Of a stretch of DNA of 64,000 nt, positions 63,817-64,000 are shown piece after piece; position 1 is the first letter of the stretch; each line of letters begins with the position of its first letter. The notes under the pieces were generated by a model. That model ran no database searches. It had not been told where the DNA came from and saw only the letters and a program-made list of their open reading frames with translations. The translations under genes were made by a program, and so were the position numbers. Source of the stretch: Deltaproteobacteria bacterium (GTDB lineage: Bacteria; Desulfobacterota; Syntrophorhabdia; Syntrophorhabdales; JANXAF01). Location: assembly GCA_026417175.1 (NCBI GenBank), contig JAOADT010000004.1, forward strand, positions 29,519-93,518. Reading direction: 5' to 3'.

Positions 63817-64000
63817 ATGGGATTCTTTGAAAAAATAAAAAACGGACTAAAAAAGACTCGGGACGAGCTGAAAACACGGATCCAATGGGCCTTAAAGGGC
63901 ACATTTGATGAAAGTGTGTTTCTAGATATTGAAGAGGCTCTCATACTTTCTGACTGCGGAGTGGAGACGTCTTCTAAACTCGTACAAAAACTCAGGGAAA
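63817..64000 (+). CDS. ftsY: Signal recognition particle receptor FtsY, N-terminal fragment (runs off window)
   Basis: Manual translation gives MGFFEKIKNGLKKTRDELKTRIQWALKGTFDESVFLDIEEALILSDCGVETSSKLVQKLRE. This matches the FtsY N-domain pattern (F..LK.GL.KT...L ... L.E.LI.AD.GV.T). It is not in the ORF track because there is no stop in the window. Confidence 0.85.
   Translation, partial: MGFFEKIKNGLKKTRDELKTRIQWALKGTFDESVFLDIEEALILSDCGVETSSKLVQKLRE

Overview
This is a 64-kb chromosomal window from an AT-rich bacterium with K/E/I-rich proteins, which suggests a thermophilic anaerobe; I cannot name the organism from sequence alone. Genes are packed very tightly, with many ATGA or 1-4 nt start/stop overlaps and several convergent genes that overlap at their 3' ends. 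Promoters readable by eye follow the canonical TTGACA-17-TAnnnT pattern. From left to right the window holds:
- a MoxR / DUF58 / transglutaminase triad; the transglutaminase gene is missing from the supplied ORF track because it runs off the window;
- a thioredoxin-like protein and CcdA;
- a myo-inositol-1-phosphate synthase and CDP-alcohol phosphotransferase pair;
- a two-subunit class I fumarase and a malic enzyme;
- an HDOD protein and a hybrid histidine kinase;
- a complete dcw cluster (mraZ to ftsZ) extended by a radical SAM gene;
- an orphan hydrogenase maturation protease, tRNA-Sec (selC), and IscU / YjbQ;
- a xanthine-dehydrogenase-family enzyme whose FAD subunit carries a 4-hydroxybenzoyl-CoA-reductase-type Cys-rich insertion;
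- the rpsB-tsf-pyrH-frr-uppS-cdsA-dxr-rseP-tsaB block;
- rlmE, queA, tgt, yajC, rpsF, a mini SSB-like gene, rpsR, rplI, dnaB and a pgsA-like gene;
- an MFS transporter;
- an IclR / Mo-or-W bis-PGD oxidoreductase / aryl-CoA ligase / TRAP transporter locus;
- Sua5/TsaC, two small genes, and the 5' end of ftsY.

I found no rRNA, CRISPR array, transposase or prophage genes. The most unusual items are:
- the FtsW and FtsI slots of the dcw operon are filled by short proteins lacking the SEDS and transpeptidase motifs;
- the Mo/W enzyme plus aryl-CoA ligase plus TRAP locus is uncharacterised;
- the XDH-family enzyme resembles HcrB;
- an 87-aa SSB-derived gene sits where PriB or SSB normally lies;
- selC has a promoter that places the transcription start at the mature 5' end;
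- two ORF-free spacers are anomalously long for such a compact genome.

All homology statements rest on motif recognition and by-eye alignment. No database search was run.
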